Assembly (NCBI GenBank): GCA_030390025.1
Contig: CM059432.1
Coordinates: forward strand, 119,600,001 to 119,660,000
DNA: 60,000 bases
Direction: 5' to 3'
Source: Squalus acanthias
Lineage: Eukaryota
The notes below the pieces were generated by a model. The model did not search any database and was not told the origin of the DNA. It saw only the letters and a program-made list of their open reading frames with translations. This document shows positions 49,712-60,000 of the stretch, piece after piece. Position numbers and translations under genes: made by a program. Position 1 is the stretch's first letter. Each line of letters starts with the position of its first letter.

Positions 49712-50845
49712 TTGCTCTGCTCCGACGATGCTACCTTCCATACCAGTGCTTTCGACATGTCTTCCTTTTTCCTCAACCGAGGATTCCCCTCTACCGTGGT
49801 CGACACGGCCCTCGACCGTGTCCGTTCTATCTCCCGCACTTCTGCCCTCACCCCGGCCCCTCCCTCCCGGAACCACGATAGAGTTCCCCTTGTCCTCACC
49901 TTTCACCCCACCAGCCTTCACATTCAACGAATCATCCTCCGCCATTTCCGCCACCTCCAACGTGATCCCACCACCAAACGTATCTTCCCCTCACCTCCCC
50001 TTTCAGCATTCCGTAGGGACCGCTCCCTCCGAGACACCCTAATCCACTCCTCTATCACCCCCAGCACCCCTTCCTCCTTGCCCGGCACCTTCCCATGCAA
50101 GCGCAGGAGATGCAACACCTGCCCTTATACATCCCCCCTTCCCACTCTCCAGGGCCCCAAATACCCCTTCCAGGTGAAACAGCGATTTACTTGTACTTCT
50201 TGCAATCTAGTATACTGTATTCGCTGCTCACGATGTGGTCTCCTCTACATTGGGGAGACCAAACGCAGATTGGGTGACCGCTTTGCAGAACACCTCCGTT
50301 CAGTCCGTAAGGGTGACCCCGAGCTTCCGGTCGCTTGTCATTTTAATTCACCTCTCCACGCCCACTCAGACCTCACCATCCTCGGCCTCGTGCATTGTTC
50401 CACGGAAGCTCAGCGTAAGCTCAAGGAACAGCACCTCATCTTTCGTTTAGGCACTTTACAGCCTTCCGGACTCAATATCGAGTTCAACAATTTCAGATCA
50501 TAACCTCGGCCCCTACCACATATATATATATTTTATCCACCCTTTTTCCTTTTTTTTCTCTCTCTCCCCCTACGGCAGCTGTCTCTCATTCTGCCAGCAT
50601 TTCACACTTCACCTTTTGTTTCTTAACCTGTCCCATTACCATCTCGTCTTGCCTTGAGCATCTCTTAATGTCTCTACTTACCATAGTTATTCCTCCCCCC
50701 AGCCTCCCCCTTGCATTTTTATCTGTTTCATTTCCTGCTCTTTTCTCAGTTCTGACGAAGGGTTTCGACCTGAAACGTTAACTCTGTTTCTCTCTCCACG
50801 GATGTTGCCTGGACTGGTGAGTTTTTCCAATGTTTTCTGATGCTG
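49712..50845 (+). mobile_element. Penelope-like element 3' fragment with open GIY-YIG endonuclease domain (stop at 50503) and pLTR tail
   Basis: FLNRGFP, CKRRRCNTC, NLVYCIRCSRCGLLYIGETKRRLGDRFAEH, GTLQPSGLN. Confidence 0.92.
50748..50783 (+). ncRNA. Minimal type I hammerhead ribozyme motif
   Basis: AGTT-CTGACGA-AGGgtttcgaCCT-GAAAC-GTT-AACT: conserved core, stem II, palindromic stem III (AACGTT), stem I AGTT/AACT. Confidence 0.7.
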
Positions 50846-52454
50846 CTTTCACTGTTTAGCATGCATGTAGTCCTGTGTTGCAGCTTCCCCAGTTTGGCAC
50901 CTCATTTTTAGGTACGCCTGGTGCTGCTCCTGGCATGCTCTTCTACACTCCTTATTGAACCAGGGTTGGTCCCTTGGCTTTATGGTAATGGTAGAGTGAG
51001 GGATATGTTGGTCTATGAGTTTACAGATTGTGGTGGAAAATAATTCTGCTGCTGCTGATGGCCCACAGCACCTCATGGATGGCCAGTTTGCAGCTGCTAG
51101 ATCTGTTCTGAATCTATCCCATTTAGCACAGTGGTCATGCCACTCAAAACGATGGAGGGTGTCCTCAGTGTGAAGACGGGACTTTGTCTCCACAAGGACT
51201 GTGCGGTGGTCACTGCGACCAATATTGTCAAGATGCTTCTGTGACAGGGAGATTGATTGGTGAGGATGAGGTCACGTAGCTTTTTCCTTTGCGTTGGTTC
51301 TCTCACCACATGCCGCAGGCCCAGTCTGGCAGCTATGTCTTTCAGGACTCAGCCAGCTTGGTCAGTAGTGGTGCTATCGAGCCACTCTTGGTGATAGACA
51401 TTGAAGTCCCCCACCCAGAGTACATTCTGTGCCCTTGCTACCCTCAGTGCTTCTTCCAAATGGTGTTCAACATGGAGGAATACTCATTCAACAGCTGAGG
51501 GAGGGCGGTAGGTGGTAATCAGCAGGAGGTTTCCATGCCCGTGCTTGACCTGAAACCATGAGACTTCATGGGGTCCGGATTCAATGTTGAGAACTCCCAG
51601 GGACACTCCCTCCTGACTGTATACCAATGTGCCGCCACCTCTGGTGGGTCTGTCCTACCGGTGGGACAGGACATATCCAGGGATGGTGATGGAGGAGTCT
51701 AGGACATTGGCTGAAAGGTATGATTCTGTGAGTATGTCTATGTCAGGCTGTCTATGGGACAGCATCCCAATTTTGATACAAGTCCTCAGATGTTAGTGAG
51801 AAGGACTTTCGAACGTTCAACTGGGCTGGGTGTGCCATTGTCCAAAGCCGGTGCCGAGGTTTTATTCTTATTATTGTTTTCTGTAGCAGTTTGATAAAAA
51901 CTGAGTGGCTTGCTGGGCCATTTCAGAGGGCAGTTAAGAGTCAACCACATTGCTGTGGGTCTGGAGTTACATATAGGCCAGACCGGGTAAGGATGGCAGA
52001 TTTCCTTCCCAAAAGGACATTAGTGAACCGAATGGATTTTTATGACAATCTGGTAGTTTCATGGTCACCGTTACTGATACTAATTTCTTATTCCAGATTT
52101 ATTTATTGAAAGGGAAGGAAGAGTAGGCATGAGGCAGCATCTAGATGTTCTATGGCTGATGTGGTTAATTGGCTGTAGAGGCTTTTGGGACATCATGAGG
52201 TTGTGAAAGGCACTTTATAAATGTTCTTTCTTTTATCACATAGTTGTTAAGCTTCAAAATTCAAAATTATGCTGCTGCTTTTCAGCAGAGCTGGTGTAAA
52301 CTCCGATGAAATGTGTAAATGGAGTTTCTGTCGCATGTCTAGCAGTGTTACAGCAGCAGAGCGGGAGAAACTCTGGGGAAATTAACAGTAACTTTTCTCG
52401 TTTGGCCAACCAGGGACCTTTTGCGTGCAAAGCAACAGGATAACCTCTGCACTA

Positions 52455-52659
52455 CAGATATGTGCCCCAAATATTGGCTGGGACACTGGGAGAAATTCCC
52501 TGCTCTTCTTCAGATAATGCCATGGAATCTTTTACTGCTTGATAGGAAAGATGGGGCTTAGTTTAATGCCGCATCTGAAAGACGGCCCCTCCGACAGTGC
52601 ACTGGAGTGTCAGCCGAGATTTTTGCGCTCAAGTCTCTGGAGTGGGACTGTGAACCCAC

Positions 52660-52690
<31 letters not shown>

Positions 52691-52711
52691 AACTGAGCCA
52701 CTGGCTGACAC
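52455..52711 (-). mobile_element. DeuSINE-type (SacSINE1-like) tRNA SINE
   Basis: Head gtgtcagccagtggctcagttggtagcactc..gggttc..cccactccagagacttgagc; Deu-like core gtctttcagatg..taaagattccatggca. Confidence 0.75.
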
Positions 52712-53134
52712 ATGAATTATTATGGCAGGTGAGGGTATCCCCTCTACTGACGTGTGCTTAGAAACATACCCCCATTGTAAGTGAATTATATTAGATTTGG
52801 TCTGTGATACTCAGAGACGCGAGGGAGTCATTAAAGAAGCTACAATACAATAAGTAAAGAGGTTAAAATACAAAGGTTATACTTATAGCATAGTCAGTTA
52901 AAGACAGATACAACCTGTTAACATCTATAAGGTTTCGAGGAGATCTATCTTGAATGGCCTTGTGGTAACACGTGAGCATGCCCAGTCTCACTCCGAGAAC
53001 GTTCTGACATCTATACTTCAAGTGCAGGCTTGTATACATTTAAAATACCCTTATTCCTAATGAAATAAAAACAGAAAATGCTGGAAATACTCAGCAGGTC
53101 AGGCAGCATCTGTGGAGAGAGAAACAGAGTTAAC

Positions 53135-53897
53135 GGCCCAAAAATTCGGCCGTTCTCGGGTCAGTACTCAGTGCGTACTCACCCGTATTGCTTCCCGAAG
53201 TGCCGGTTTCCTGCATGCACTGCGCATGCGCGGGAAACCGGCACTTCCGGTATGGTGAAGGGGGCGGTTCGTAGGTGAACCGCGTGCGCGCTAGAGGCTG
53301 CACGCACGCAGCACACTTAGATTTTTTTTCAGGTTTCAACGCGAGGGTAAGTATTGAAGATTCTACGCTAGTTAAAAGGAGGCGTAAGACCCCTTTTGAA
53401 CAAGGTAAGTAGTTAATTAAGTATAATTTTAAATTTTTTTCAACAGTTTTATCTTTTTTAGATACTTTAAAGAAAGGTAAGTTTATTTTTATAACTTTTT
53501 AAAAGTTTTTTAATTTTTTCAAAAATTTTAATTTTTGTTTAAAGTGGTTAATTTATTTAACTATAGTTATTTTATAAATGTGATGGTTTTAAAAAAAAAT
53601 TATTTGAGGTTTAGCTGTTCTTTTGGGGCCGATTTAAATTCACAGATTTGACAGGTCTCCTGTCAAATCTATGAATGAAAGATGGTCTGCTGCCATTGGC
53701 TCTTCATGGCCCACGTGATCCCAGGGGTCGCATCGCACTAACTGCGCCCCTGGAACACGCAGCACTGCGCGCCGGCTCTTGGGAGAGGCCCGGGACCCGA
53801 AGTTCCTGTGGGCCCAAAACACAACGGCAGGCGCGGTGGGTAAGAGCGCGCGCGATCCTTACCCCCGCGGCAAGCCGGCCACGCGAATTTCTAGACC
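53135..53897. mobile_element. Harbinger MITE (763 bp) inserted in a Penelope-tail fragment (53065-53917, -)
   Basis: TIRs ggcccaaaaattcg / cgaatttctagacc, TSD AAC; removal restores agagttaacgtttcagg. Confidence 0.85.
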
Positions 53898-54850
53898 AAC
53901 GTTTCAGGTCAGAACTGGGGTTCCTAACGATCTCTGTGCTTCTCATCTGTGATGTTCTTGGTCTCTCGCCTTTCTTTAGCTGCCTAATTCATCTACATGT
54001 TTATGTAAAAAGCCTTATTCTAAAATGGAAACTTTATTCTAAAATGGATGCTTGCACCCATGAACACATAAAATTATATAATAATTTGTGCAAAATAAAA
54101 TGAGAATTATTTATTTATTTTCTTCAGATTATCATTTCCTCCTTTTATTTGCCTGATCACACTACCCACCTTGTGAAGGCAGACTACAGAAATGTGACAC
54201 TGATATTCCAGAAAATGCATAATAGCCGCCCAGGATGATATGCCCACTAATTTTCATCTTCCCTCTTAATCAGGGGTGTCAAACATACAATGACTCCAAT
54301 TGATCATTGTCTCTGTCAATCACTGTCGCTGCACAGCAACACAGTTTCAAAAAGTAGATTGCTATTGAAATGGCGAGCAGCACCACTTTAAGAGTGAGAA
54401 GCAAAATTAAATACCCCAGACATAGGAAGCAAAATCATTTTTTTTTAAATTAATTTCTAGAAACAAAACAGGTGATATAAATCATATTTGTTCATTGTTG
54501 GAATTTGGCTTTGGGCGGGAAGCGCTGAATGGCTGGATTTCCCGCTCAGCGTTGAAAGCCCGGTCCTTTTAAATTGGGCATGAATTCGCAATCACCTGCT
54601 GCGAGGATTCAAATTTGGGCAGGACATGCTGATTGGCTGAAGTGGGGGGGGGTCCTTATTGCTGCTGAATGCATGTTCAGCTGGTCCTCTTAAACTGGCT
54701 CTGTGAATTCTCAATTTCCCATTCAGCTGTAGCGAGTGGACACTGGTAGTCAGGCTTTGCCTCACCGTTGCTGCATAGATAGGCTGATTATCAGCTGGTT
54801 GAGTGTGTTTTAGTTTGTTTTTTAAACATTTGGTGGTGTTTAAAAATTTT

Positions 54851-57800
54851 GGGCTAAAAATTTGGCTCCGTAGCGACCGATATTTCGGTGCTATGGGTGC
54901 TGTTTTGTGACGAAAATGGCGCCGCGCCGCAATGCACACCTCTGGTGCGTGCCATGCTAGACGCCATCTTGGTCAGGACGCTAGTGTCGGTGCTGGGAGC
55001 GTGTGCCAAATGTATGTAGAGTAAACAGATAGTGACATCAATCAATTTGATGCCAGCGCTGCCATTTTCATCATCAATGGTGGAAGTAACGCCCTGTGTT
55101 AACCTTGCACAGCTGAACATGCATTCAGCAGCAAGAAGTGTGTGAGACATCTGCGCTTTACGAAGGAGGTGCTCACAGAACTCTGCCACCTCTTGCAACC
55201 AGACCTGCAGCCTCACTCCAGGGCAAGGACAGCACTGCCAATGGCTGTGAAAGTGACCGTGGCCCTGAATTTCCTCATGTCGGGATCCTTCCAGGCTGGA
55301 GCAGGCAACATCTGTAACATCTCTCAGTTTGCTGTCCACTGCTGCATAAGAGAGGTGGCAGACACTCTTCATGCCAGGAGAGGGGACTTCATTGTCTTCT
55401 CTCTGACCAGAGAGAAACAGGCAGAGCATGCACGTGGCTTTGCCAGGATAGCGGGCTTCCCCATGGTGCAGGGCACCATCGACTGCACGCATGTGGCTTT
55501 GTGGGCGACCGCAAAGGTTACCACAAACTGAATGTGCAGTTGGTGTGCGACAATGCTCAGCACATCATGATGGTGAATGCCCGGTATCCTGGCAGCAGTC
55601 ATGATGCTCTTATTCTGTTCCCACAGTCTTTGAGCCACCAAGACAAACCAGAGGGTGGCTACTGGGCGACAAGGGCTATTCACTGACCACCTGGCTCATG
55701 ACTCCACACCGCAACCCAACCACACCTGTGCAGCATGCATACAATGAGAGCCATGCTGCTACATGGAATCTGATAGTACTGACCATTGGCATCCTTAATC
55801 AATGCTTCCGCTGCCTGGACCACTCTGGATGAGCCCTGTCGTACTCACCAGAGGGTACGTTTCAAGATTCGTCGTGGTCTGTTGCATGCTCCACAATCTC
55901 GGCATCATGAGATGCCCTTGCCACCAGGCCTACGGCGACCAGCTAAACAGCAGGAGGAGGAGGATGAGGAGGAAAAGGAAGCAAAAGAGGAGGAGGAGGG
56001 AGTGGTAGAGGAGGAAGCGGAAGGGAGGAGGCAACGCTAACAGCCCCTTTCTGCCTGGACTGTCCATAATCGACTCATCCGACTGCGGTACCAGTGAACA
56101 CAACCCCAATTCCCCATTTAACAATAGTTCCACACCTTACATTCACTCTATTACTGAACATCACAGGGTCCTCTTGGCCACTATGCTGAAATAAAAGCCA
56201 ACACAAAAGAAACATTCCAATCCAGCTTTACACATAAATCCATTCAATATTACATAACAAAGCATGGGCAACAGCAGTCTGGGCTGGCTGACAGACAACA
56301 TCAAGGACACTGGCGGAGTGGCAGTGGTGGGAGGATGAATGCTGTCATCCGGAGAGAGGACTGCAGGTTCGTGCTCCACGGAGCCACTGCCACTCCTCCA
56401 GTGGGGGAGGGGGGGGGAGAGAGGGGGTATCAGCATTCCTAGCCATCTGTTGGAAGACAGATTGCTGGAATGCTGTGACACCCTGCAAGCCCCTTTCCAC
56501 AGTGGTAAATGCAGCCACGATGTCAGCAGTCTGAGCTTGCATGACTTCAGTCTGAGCTTCCACTGCAGCACTCAGACGTTGGGTGGCTTCCGCTTGTGCC
56601 CCAATGAAAGCTGAGACATCAGTCATCAGACGCTGCATCATGGTTGGGACCACAAGTGCACTAATGGAGTTGGCCAACACTTCCATCCTGGAAAGGATGG
56701 GCTTCAAGTTCAGTGTTCTTCTGTAGCTGTCCTCATCTGAGTCCTCTGCAGCAGAACTCGTGTGCGACCCGCCCACTGGGGAGCTGGAATCTGTGCTACG
56801 CTTTCCCCGTGCAGCCCACTCATGTCCGGAGACTCACCACATGTAGATCCCGTCTCTAAGCTACCCTCTAACGTCTGCGCAGTGCCAGTATCTGAGCCGG
56901 TGGCTACGAATGTCAGATCGAGTGACGGTGATTCTTCTTCTTCATCACTCTCCTCTCCCTATTCTTCTTACAACACTGGCTGGGCAGGTTTGATTTCTTG
57001 GATCTCTGAAATGAGAAAGGCACAAGGGTAGGGTTGTGGTAAGGGAGGGGGGAAAGCAAGAGGTGCAGGCTTACACCATGTGCAGCTTGTAAATCAGAAG
57101 AGATTGTGGGATGATGGAGAAGTGGGATGTGAGAAGGAGGATTAGTTACATGGATATTGTCATCTTGGATTGCTTCAGCGCCGCCGCTGGCCACGGGCTC
57201 AGCGATTGCCCTCCCAAAATTGTCCAGCATCATCTCCTCCATAGGGCTAAGATTAGGCAGGCGCGCCTGTGTCCCTTTGGGTAGCCCCTGCTGGCTCTGA
57301 TTGTCAGCCACCTTGTTCTGCAAGAGAAAGGGAAATGTATCAGTGAGTGTGGTGCAATGTGTTTGGGTAATGTGCCTGTCATGGTTAACTAACTGACAGT
57401 GTGTGTAAGTTGTGAGATGTGTGTGAGGCTTGCAGCAGTGGTAAGTGTGTGAGGGTGAGATGAAGCAATGAATGTGAGGTATGAGTCCTGTTTGGTAGAG
57501 ATTGTTGGTGGGTGAGTGATGGGGGGTGTGGTGCATTGAGCAGTGTGCGAGGCTGGTGGTGCAGATGGTGGGATATGGCATTTGAAGGTGAATTCACTGA
57601 CCTTGAGCACTCGTGTGAGGACATTAAACTTCTACCTGCACTGCAGTTAGGTCCTCGGGGCTACACTGCTGTCAATGACTGCTATGGCTATCTGCTCCCA
57701 TTGCTATTTGTGATTTTGCCCGGAGGGCCTTCTGGCCCCTCTGGAAACAGGACCTCTCTCCTCCTATCCACCTCCTGAACCAAGGCCTCCAGTGCTGAAT

Positions 57801-58450
57801 CTGAGAACCTATGTGCATGCTCTCTACCCTGCTGTGGCATCATTAGCTGTTGTTCCTGCGCCCCCAGCCAGTTCAATGAGCTGCTGCAGAAAGAATGCAC
57901 CTCCCACAGAATCACAAAATCCCCACAGTGCAGATAGAGGCCATTTCAGCCCATCGAGCCTGCACCGACACATATCCCACCCTATCCCCGTAACCTCACG
58001 TATTTAATCCCCCCTAACACTAAGGGTCAATTTATCATAGCCAAATCAACCTAACCCGCACATCTTTGGACTGTGGGAGGAAACCGGAGCACCCGGAGGA
58101 AACCCACGCAGACACGTGGAGAATGCGCAAACTCCACACAGACAGTCACCCGGGGCCAGATTCGAACCCGGGTCCCTGGCGCTGTGAGGTAACAGTGCTA
58201 ACCACTATGCTGGCTGCCTTTAAGTTGTGCAGGCTAGCTATAAGCGGTGTTAGCCTTGCCCAAACTTGGGTCCCCTGTTGAGGTTTCAGCCACTCAGCAG
58301 CACATTCAGCGCTGGGCTGAACGCCGCAATCATGGAAATGAGCAGACAGCACGAAATGTATGTGCTGCCTGCATTCCTCTGAATGAGCGCGGGTTGATCA
58401 CACATTGCAATTCTCATGCCCACGTTTAGGGGCTAACGAATTTCTAGGCA
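54851..58450. mobile_element. Decayed two-gene Harbinger: transposase (+) ~55130-56095, Myb (-) ~56260-57840
   Basis: TIRs gggctaaaaatt / aatttctaggca, TSD TTT; GTIDCTH, ARYPGSSHDA; HRFSDSALEALVQEV. Confidence 0.85.
57906..58211 (-). mobile_element. HE1/V-SINE-type SINE
   Basis: Reverse complement of 14608-14919. Confidence 0.9.
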
Positions 58451-58734
58451 TTTATATTGTTTGTATTGTTACTGCTTAATGAATAAAAAGCAATGCTGGA
58501 GTTACTTAATGTGACAGGATTTTTTCCCCATGAACATTCATTTCCTTATGTATTGAACATCTCATAACATTGATCCCTGATTTTTCAGTTCTGTCATGAT
58601 AAGTGGACGTCATGTCTTTGTCCAAGAGGATCCACCAACAGCTGATGGCCACAATTTATTGCTGGGAGGTGTAGGGAAAATGGGGCTCTCTCTTCTCAGC
58701 TACTCCCCAGTCACTGTGTTTCTCCAATCCTCAT

Positions 58735-59051
58735 TCACAGAATCACAGAATCCCCACAGTGCAGATAGAGACCATTTCAGCCCATCGAGCCTGCACCGAC
58801 ACATATCCCACCCTATCCCCGTAACCCCACGTATTTAATCCCCCTAACACTAAGGGTCAATTTATCATAGCCAAATCAACCTAACCCGCACATCTTTGGA
58901 CTGTGGGAGGAAACCGGAGCACCCGGAGGAAACCCACGCAGACACGGGGAGAATGTGCAAACTCCACACAGACAGTCACCCGTGGCTGGATTCGTCCCGG
59001 GTCCCTGGCGCTGTGAGGCAACAGTGCCAACCGCTATGCCACCGTGTTGCC
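58735..59051 (-). mobile_element. HE1/V-SINE-type SINE
   Basis: Reverse complement of 14608-14919. Confidence 0.9.
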
Positions 59052-59694
59052 ACTCATGTCATGTTCCCTACCCCTTCTCATCCCAATACCAATTCCTGTT
59101 CCTTCTAGGTCCATTCCCATCACTATATCCACCCTTTCCCCTTTGACATACCCAATCAACATTTGTAATCCTCTCCTCTCACTTGCTCTGCTGTCACCTA
59201 CCTCATCCTCCACCTACTCCCCTCAACTCTCACTAGCTCACCCCAAGGATGGGTGACAAGGTGCCAGAGACCTCCTCACCCTTATCTTGTTTTGCCCTCC
59301 TCTCCCCCTCCTATTCTCTCTTACTATGTGTTTCCCTCAAAAGTTAACTTATTGAAAAAAAAGAAATCAAATTAGATTGAAGATAACTGCACACATTTGG
59401 GAGTGTCTGAGAACTTCAAGTAAAAATTTTAATGAAGCCATTAAAAGACATAAAAGACAGTTCGTAGATAACCTTCATCGTTATTATGAAATGTGTAATT
59501 TTTTATTTCATTATTTTGTTTAAATTATTATTTTGCATATTAGAAATTTCAGTTCTTTGATTAAAAAATGGCAGTGACATTTTTTTCACTGCATTTTGAG
59601 CGATTTGTGGGGAAAGGATAATACAGTATGTGCTGGTGTTAGAGAGAAACGTGACAGGTAAGCTTAAAGATTAACATCGGAGCGATTTGTGAGA

Positions 59695-59885
59695 ACCCAG
59701 TAGCCAGCAATGTGGTTGGCTCTTAACTGCCCTCTGAAATGGCCTAGCAAGCCATTCAGTTACCACACGGACTGCAGCGGTTCAAGGCGGCTCACCACCA
59801 CCACAACATTCTCAAGGGCAATTAGTGATGGGCAATAAATGCTGGCCTTGCCAGTTACGCCCACATCCCAAAGAACGAATAAAAC
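59695..59885 (+). mobile_element. 3' end of the CR1/L2-group LINE (or derived SINE)
   Basis: ggactgcagcggttcaag..ctcaagggcaattag..cccacatccc is the reverse of 22900-23000. Confidence 0.7.
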
Positions 59886-60000
59886 AAAAAGAGTGAACAA
59901 TCACAGGGTGAAATACTCTCAATATAAAAAAGCAGGTATTGGACCAGAACTTGCTGGAATGGCGCATCTCATGGCGAGAGACGTTCATAGAGTCATAGTA

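Larger units (their letters stand above)
48230..52105 (-). mobile_element. CR1/L2-group LINE (same family as 22895-24672), interrupted by Penelope
   Basis: Nucleotide colinearity with 22900-24430; FSCFINDLP..FTDD; endonuclease-side relics 50850-51700. Confidence 0.82.

Noticed and set aside
54140..54400. Possible host exon or conserved noncoding element (also 47600-47820, 59550-59660)
   Set aside because: Unique-looking but no convincing acceptor-donor pair with a recognisable peptide

Overview
This is a 60-kb window of repeat-saturated vertebrate DNA, almost certainly from a cartilaginous fish (HE1/V-SINE-type and DeuSINE-type SINEs, CR1 LINEs with (TTCTATGT)n tails). No complete host gene is visible; only weak candidate terminal exons occur near 34.6-34.9 kb (- strand). 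Contents: (1) a near-intact autonomous PIF/Harbinger transposon (1968-6116) with an open DDE transposase and a 3-exon Myb/SANT gene, plus MITEs and about ten decayed, often nested Harbinger copies; (2) CR1, L2 and CR1/L2-group LINE fragments; (3) a Penelope GIY-YIG fragment ending in a minimal hammerhead ribozyme motif; (4) three members of one long-LTR (~1.7 kb) family. Two of these are solo LTRs. The third (28203-34015, - strand, TSD GACT, tRNA-Arg PBS) is the most unusual object here. It encodes Gag but no pol enzymes. The gag TGA is followed in frame by an open ~340-codon ORF that is partly a diverged second copy of the Gag coiled-coil. Its 3' LTR is only the last ~375 bp with no PPT, and the two LTR copies are ~99% identical yet have different U5 tips. 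One hypothesis (inference) is a satellite LTR element that borrows its 5' LTR from a helper during reverse transcription; a post-insertion deletion is the alternative.
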